Below are positions 60,279 through 64,000 of a DNA stretch of 64,000 nt, one piece after another. Source of the stretch: Alkalispirochaeta sp. (lineage in GTDB: Bacteria > Spirochaetota > Spirochaetia > DSM-27196 > Alkalispirochaetaceae); assembly GCA_965242725.1 (NCBI GenBank), contig CBDESZ010000005.1, positions 64,001 to 128,000 of the forward strand, given 5' to 3'. A program made the translations under genes and the position numbers. The notes under the pieces are model-generated. The model had not been told where the DNA came from and made no database searches. It saw only the letters and a program-made list of their open reading frames with translations. The number at the start of each line of letters is the position of its first letter. Position 1 is the first letter of the stretch.

Positions 60279-61439
60279 CGCGGTTTGAACCAGCTCCTCA
60301 TGTAGAGCCTTCCATCCTACTACGCGGGTTCCATTTCTTTCATATGAGTCATCGCCTGCATACACTAGATATGTGGCAGGGGTATCGGCCTTTGCCAGAG
60401 TCTTCCAATAATCGAGACCGGAAAAAGCATCATTCCTGATTGTCTTCCCCGATTTGATCTCGATCCCCGATTGCTTCATTCCCGACTCAAGAATGACATC
60501 GATCTCTTTGCGATGATTGTCACGCCAGAAATAGAGGCCAAATTTCTCCCCTATGTTGAAATTGCTTTTCACTAATTCCGTCACGACAAATGTCTCGAAC
60601 AACGCCCCCTTGAGAAAATGATAATCAAGCTGATCCTTATCCCGAATCCCCAGCAAACTGCATACGAGTCCGGTATCGGTAAAATAAATCTTCGGATTCT
60701 TCACGATCCGTTTGTTGTAGTTCTTGTGATACGGCGGAAGCCGATAGATCAGGAAACTTGCTTCCAGTATCGATATCCATTCACGAATCGTTCCATGAAC
60801 GACGCCACATTGCTCCGAGATTGATGACAGATTCAGTTCCTGTCCCGTTCTTCCCGCCAGGATACGCAAGAATTTTAGGAATCCATCGATTTTTGTTATT
60901 TGCTTGATCTGACGAATATCTTTCTCAATGTAGGTTGCGATGTAGTTTTTATAGAACGTTTCGGGACGAATATGCTGATCGTAGATTCGAGGGTAGCTAC
61001 CCGCAAAAAGCAAATCTGATATATCCAGATTGAAAGTTCTCATTTCATACGCGGAGAACGGCAGTAGCCTTGTGAGACCGACACGTCCGGCAAGTGATTG
61101 GGTAATCTGTTCCATTAGCAGAAAGTTGTGTGAACCGGTGATAATAATTCGGCCGGTCGTGTCAAGTTGATCAACGTGTGTCTGGAGATACGAAATGAGG
61201 TGGGGGACTCGTTGGATTTCATCAAAAATGACATCTGAATGAAATCGCCCCAGGAATCCTCTGGGATCGGATTTGGCAAATTCTCGATGATCGATATCCT
61301 CCAGACTCACATAATCAAAATTGGGAAACAGCTTTTTCGCGAGGGTAGTCTTGCCCGATTGTCGCGGCCCAAGGATCGCCACGAGTGGGAACTCGGTGCT
61401 CAGCGAATGGATTTCAGCTTCTAATTGTCGATCGATCAT
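60273..61439 (-). CDS. AAA_14 ATPase with DUF4143 domain (cassette-borne)
   Basis: GPRQSGKTT, FDEIQ, TGS, SLAGR, PKIYFTDTGL, GALFE, EIDVI...IEIK. Confidence 0.92.
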   Translation of the reverse strand: MIDRQLEAEIHSLSTEFPLVAILGPRQSGKTTLAKKLFPNFDYVSLEDIDHREFAKSDPRGFLGRFHSDVIFDEIQRVPHLISYLQTHVDQLDTTGRIIITGSHNFLLMEQITQSLAGRVGLTRLLPFSAYEMRTFNLDISDLLFAGSYPRIYDQHIRPETFYKNYIATYIEKDIRQIKQITKIDGFLKFLRILAGRTGQELNLSSISEQCGVVHGTIREWISILEASFLIYRLPPYHKNYNKRIVKNPKIYFTDTGLVCSLLGIRDKDQLDYHFLKGALFETFVVTELVKSNFNIGEKFGLYFWRDNHRKEIDVILESGMKQSGIEIKSGKTIRNDAFSGLDYWKTLAKADTPATYLVYAGDDSYERNGTRVVGWKALHEELVQTAI

Positions 61440-61445
61440 GGTCTT

Positions 61446-61473
61446 AGCATAGTTTATATGTACAAATTGTCAA
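61446..61473 (-). promoter_or_regulatory. Cassette-internal sigma-70 promoter of the ATPase gene
   Basis: TTGACA-N16-TATGCT ending 6 nt before the ATG. Confidence 0.55.
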
Positions 61474-61497
61474 TACAAAAAAACATTTTGTACCGCG

Positions 61498-61558
61498 ATA
61501 TAACGAAAGAGCTCAGTTACGTGGCGAGAGCCACGACAACTGGAGAGAAATGTTACAT
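61498..61558 (-). other. attC site, 61 bp
   Basis: R'' ATGTAAC (contains the antitoxin stop TAA), CGTGGC-TCTC-GCCACG hairpin, L' ACTGAGC, R' GTTATAT. Confidence 0.88.
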
Positions 61559-61873
61559 TGCGTCCTTCCCTATACTACCTCCGATCACATTTCTGATTTC
61601 ATCTGTTTCTACGAGTTGATCGGTCACGTATTTATGAATGATTGAACTTATCAGCGTCTGATAGGGTACACCTTCTCGAGACGCCCGGAGTTTTGTCATC
61701 TCAAGATCTTGTTCCGACAATCGGAGACTGATCGCTCGAGATTTACGGGCGGTATCAAGAATTTTCTCGATTCGTTTTCGCTTTTCAGGACCGACAGACA
61801 CCGTCTGATCAGCGTTGTTTTCGATTTCTCGTTCTTCGGGCGTCAAATCGAATTCGCCATTCGTTAAGTTCAT
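61553..61873 (-). CDS. Antitoxin with CopG/RHH-like domain (BrnA-type partner)
   Basis: 'ISLRLSEQDL...K.RA..EGVPYQTLISSIIHKY'; ATGA overlap with the toxin gene. Confidence 0.85.
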   Translation of the reverse strand: MNLTNGEFDLTPEEREIENNADQTVSVGPEKRKRIEKILDTARKSRAISLRLSEQDLEMTKLRASREGVPYQTLISSIIHKYVTDQLVETDEIRNVIGGSIGKDAM

Positions 61874-62136
61874 ATGTTACCTCCGTAGCGTCGATGGTAT
61901 TTTCGACTGGGAAAAGCCGTTTTCAGAAAGATCGTTTCTGAATCATCTATGAGGAACGGTACCACCCATGTGTAATGACGTATCGTGAGGATGAAGTATT
62001 GCTGGTTTTCTCTGGTCGGGTTTTCGACGATGTCAAGATAGTCTCCGTCGAGAATCATTCCGGCGATCTCTTCAAACGATATTCCCCGTTCTCGCTTGAG
62101 AACCGTATTCTTTTCCTCATCCCAGACAACATCCAT
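61870..62136 (-). CDS. BrnT/DUF497-like ribonuclease toxin
   Basis: 'WDEEKN..LKRERGISFEE', 'IFLKTAFPSRK'. Confidence 0.88.
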   Translation of the reverse strand: MDVVWDEEKNTVLKRERGISFEEIAGMILDGDYLDIVENPTRENQQYFILTIRHYTWVVPFLIDDSETIFLKTAFPSRKYHRRYGGNI

Positions 62137-62144
62137 ACGATATA

Positions 62145-62174
62145 ATTATACTCCGATTGTATATACATTGTGAA
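62145..62174 (-). promoter_or_regulatory. TA promoter with palindromic operator
   Basis: TTCACA-N18-TATAAT with TGTATATACA palindrome (62158-62167) in the spacer. Confidence 0.6.
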
Positions 62175-62421
62175 TTGGTGTATTCAACGGTTGCCGGATT
62201 GTTCGGGTGTATCACTTTGTAGTCGGGACTATCGACGTCCAGGTCTGATAAGATTTTTCTACGAAAGGTCAAATTCTTTTTATCTGGCAAAAAACCGCCG
62301 ATAGGTTCTGGCTGTCGACACTTCCCGATAAGGGGAGTTTTTCGTTCAGGATCATACCGACATAGATTTTTCGTGCGGGTAAGGTATTGGGCAAAAACAC
62401 ATATTTCGAACCACGGATGCA

Positions 62422-62546
62422 ATGTAACGCTGAGGTCACCTGCCGGTTCCGGCCCGGAGCCGCGTAGCGGCGGAGGGATTGGCACGTGTTTTTGCGATTG
62501 CAAAAACCGTGACAAGAAAATGTTGTAGTCCACCGAATTGTTATCC
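62422..62546 (-). other. attC site, 125 bp
   Basis: R'' GGATAAC, R' GTTACAT, internal hairpins GCCGC-GTA-GCGGC and GTTTTTGC-GATT-GCAAAAAC; near-identical to the 60153 site. Confidence 0.82.
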
Positions 62547-62674
62547 CGCCGTTTACCTTGTACGAAAGTGATTCGTTTTTAGAAACGGATGCGCCGTTCA
62601 TGTCGATCGTTCATGTAAACCCGAGAATTGATAAATCGTCGCTCTGGCCAACGCAGAAGTAAAGATCGATCTCA

Positions 62675-63034
62675 TCACACAAATTTTTCGACGGATACTT
62701 CGAATAACGTCGCGAGTTTCTTCGCCATATTTTTGCTGATCGATCGATGGCCGTTTTCCATATTCGAAATATTTTGGCGCGTCAGATTTCCGAGTTGTTC
62801 TGCCAATTGGTCCTGCGTCATCCCATGCATCTGTCGATACATCCGTACGTTTTCTCCCGGAGTTATTGTCTCCCGGATCGACTGATACCAATCACTTTTT
62901 GTCACTTCAACTATTTCATCATCTTCGTCTTCGATGACTTCAATCTCTCCGTACTGGTCACGCAAAAATTTCACCAGCGATCCGCCGATTTCTCCTTCAA
63001 GTCTAATATGGGGCTTTTTCACGACTACCTGCAT
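62675..63034 (-). CDS. XRE-family HTH protein, probable HigA-like antitoxin
   Basis: 'MTQDQLAEQLG..TRQNISNMENGHRSI'; downstream of and overlapping the toxin gene. Confidence 0.85.
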   Translation of the reverse strand: MQVVVKKPHIRLEGEIGGSLVKFLRDQYGEIEVIEDEDDEIVEVTKSDWYQSIRETITPGENVRMYRQMHGMTQDQLAEQLGNLTRQNISNMENGHRSISKNMAKKLATLFEVSVEKFV

Positions 63035-63287
63035 AGTACACCTCGATTTCCATTTCTCCATTTTCCACGCGCCAACATGCCACCCATGAATAGGAGAGAT
63101 GGCAATGGTATTCTCGATCGGATAGCTTGCTGAAATTCCGCCATTCGGTTCGTATTGGTCCTTTTCTGATCAGATCCTCGACCAAATTGGCGAACAAGAC
63201 TTGTTCTTTCCGCGGCATCTTTCCGATTTGTTTTTCTACCTTTCGGCGGAAGAAGACGCGCCAGGTTTCGTTCGGATCTTCAGTCAT
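63003..63287 (-). CDS. RelE/HigB-like toxin
   Basis: 'W.V....KVEKQI.KMP', 'W.NFSKL....YHCHL...WVACW', 'IEVYYAGSREKAPY'; toxin-first order. Confidence 0.75.
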   Translation of the reverse strand: MTEDPNETWRVFFRRKVEKQIGKMPRKEQVLFANLVEDLIRKGPIRTEWRNFSKLSDREYHCHLSYSWVACWRVENGEMEIEVYYAGSREKAPY

Positions 63288-63330
63288 GGTCCGGTGTTCC
63301 GATTTCAAGTCCGATCTTCACCATGCAATA

Positions 63331-63359
63331 ATTGTAACCATATACTGGTTATTTATCAA
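63331..63359 (-). promoter_or_regulatory. TA promoter with palindromic operator
   Basis: TTGATA-N17-TACAAT with TAACCA-N5-TGGTTA palindrome (63335-63351). Confidence 0.7.
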
Positions 63360-63376
63360 CCTCACCTTCAACGGCG

Positions 63377-63437
63377 GGATAACGACAGAGCTCAGTTGCG
63401 TGGCGAGAGCCACGACAACTGAAGTGACGTGTTATCT
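63377..63437 (-). other. attC site, 61 bp, canonical
   Basis: AGATAAC-ACGTC-ACT[T]CAGT-TG[T]CGTGGC-TCTC-GCCACG-CA-ACTGAGC-TCTGTC-GTTATCC: R''/L''/L'/R' spacing and both extrahelical bases as in classical short attC sites. Confidence 0.92.
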
Positions 63438-63451
63438 GCCTGACGTCCTGC

Positions 63452-63878
63452 CTACCGATATTTTTCTTCAATCTGGCTTCGAAAAGACCGTGCAAGTCCC
63501 GGACTTTTTTCTAGGATTTCCATTATCGCTTTCGGATCTATTTCAAAGCTGTATGCATGTCGAATGAAGTGGCGAAACGCCAAGAATCCGAGCAGATTCG
63601 ATCGGGTTGTATTGTCGATCAGGGATTGTTTCTCGGCGAGTTCAAGAAGAGCCGTATGCCAATTATTGCCCGACGGGATCGGAATGGTTTGATCTTTTAT
63701 GGCAAACTCGATCACCTTCTCGATGCCATTATAGTATTGTCGACAAGGAGAGTGCGGCCGCTCGAATTTCGATGTCGTCGAGTGGATTCTGATTCGATTT
63801 TCGGAGCAGCAAGTCTATCAAGTCCAATTCACGATTAATATTTTCAAACTCGCCATGAATTGCCGCCTTGTAGTCCAT
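63452..63878 (-). pseudogene. HEPN (HepT-like) RNase toxin, frameshifted near 63735
   Basis: The frame from ATG 63878 ends ...AAALSLSTIL* (TAA 63731-63729); a shifted frame continues YNGIEKV...WHTALL...FRHFIRHAY (RX4H motif). Confidence 0.75.
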
Positions 63879-63879
63879 C

Positions 63880-64000
63880 TTACGCGACCCGTTTGACATG
63901 TGGGTTGGAAAGTATTTGGCGACCGAAATTCACCTGCAAATCAAGATCGACAAGATCAACCGGTCTGGAGGACCGATTCAATACCTCGCCGTAAATCGCG
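63880..64000 (-). CDS. Minimal nucleotidyltransferase (MNT antitoxin), 5'-partial
   Basis: ...AIYGEVLNRSSRPVDLVDLD...RVA*; stop adjacent to the HEPN start. Confidence 0.7.
   Translation of the reverse strand, partial: AIYGEVLNRSSRPVDLVDLDLQVNFGRQILSNPHVKRVA

Larger units (their letters stand above)
54673..64000 (-). mobile_element. Integron gene-cassette array (attC cluster); integrase not in window; open at right edge
   Basis: Seven attC-like sites between small self-contained genes, cassette ends mutually complementary, AT-richer than flank. Confidence 0.9.

Noticed and set aside
62117..62601. ORFs 62117-62533 and 62269-62601
   Set aside because: They run through the attC site and a cassette junction and show no protein motifs.
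60153..63437. Repeats as a CRISPR array or REP elements
   Set aside because: Spacing is gene-sized, there are no cas genes, and the R/L box structure fits attC.

Overview
A 64 kb bacterial window, probably from a free-living spirochaete (spirochaete-type LysM protein and 'FAGG/SAGGQQE'-type binding-protein leaders; this is inference). The first ~54 kb is GC-rich chromosome dominated by carbohydrate and organic-acid utilisation. It contains a PLD-VTT/EEP pair, an AraC-SDR-GH88-isomerase-Gfo/Idh/MocA locus, and a CdaR-controlled glucarate operon (glycerate kinase, DHDPS-family aldolase, garR, two glucarate-dehydratase paralogues, TctCBA). It also contains a binding-protein/kinase/sigma-54 activator module directly upstream of a sigma-54 promoter and a sugar ABC operon, asd-pckA, and a YtfQRT-YjfF-type ABC operon with a YesMN-like pair and a tandem double binding protein. 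The last ~9.3 kb (54.7 kb to the right edge) is visibly AT-richer and is an integron gene-cassette array on the minus strand. I read seven attC-like sites (two canonical 61-bp sites, three long sites, one IS-interrupted, one truncated) delimiting six cassettes plus a partial one. Four cassettes carry toxin-antitoxin modules. The array also holds an IS256 broken by a 38-nt hairpin insertion and IS3 and IS1182 relics. No integron integrase, CRISPR array, rRNA or tRNA is visible. All calls are by eye from motifs; no database searches were run.
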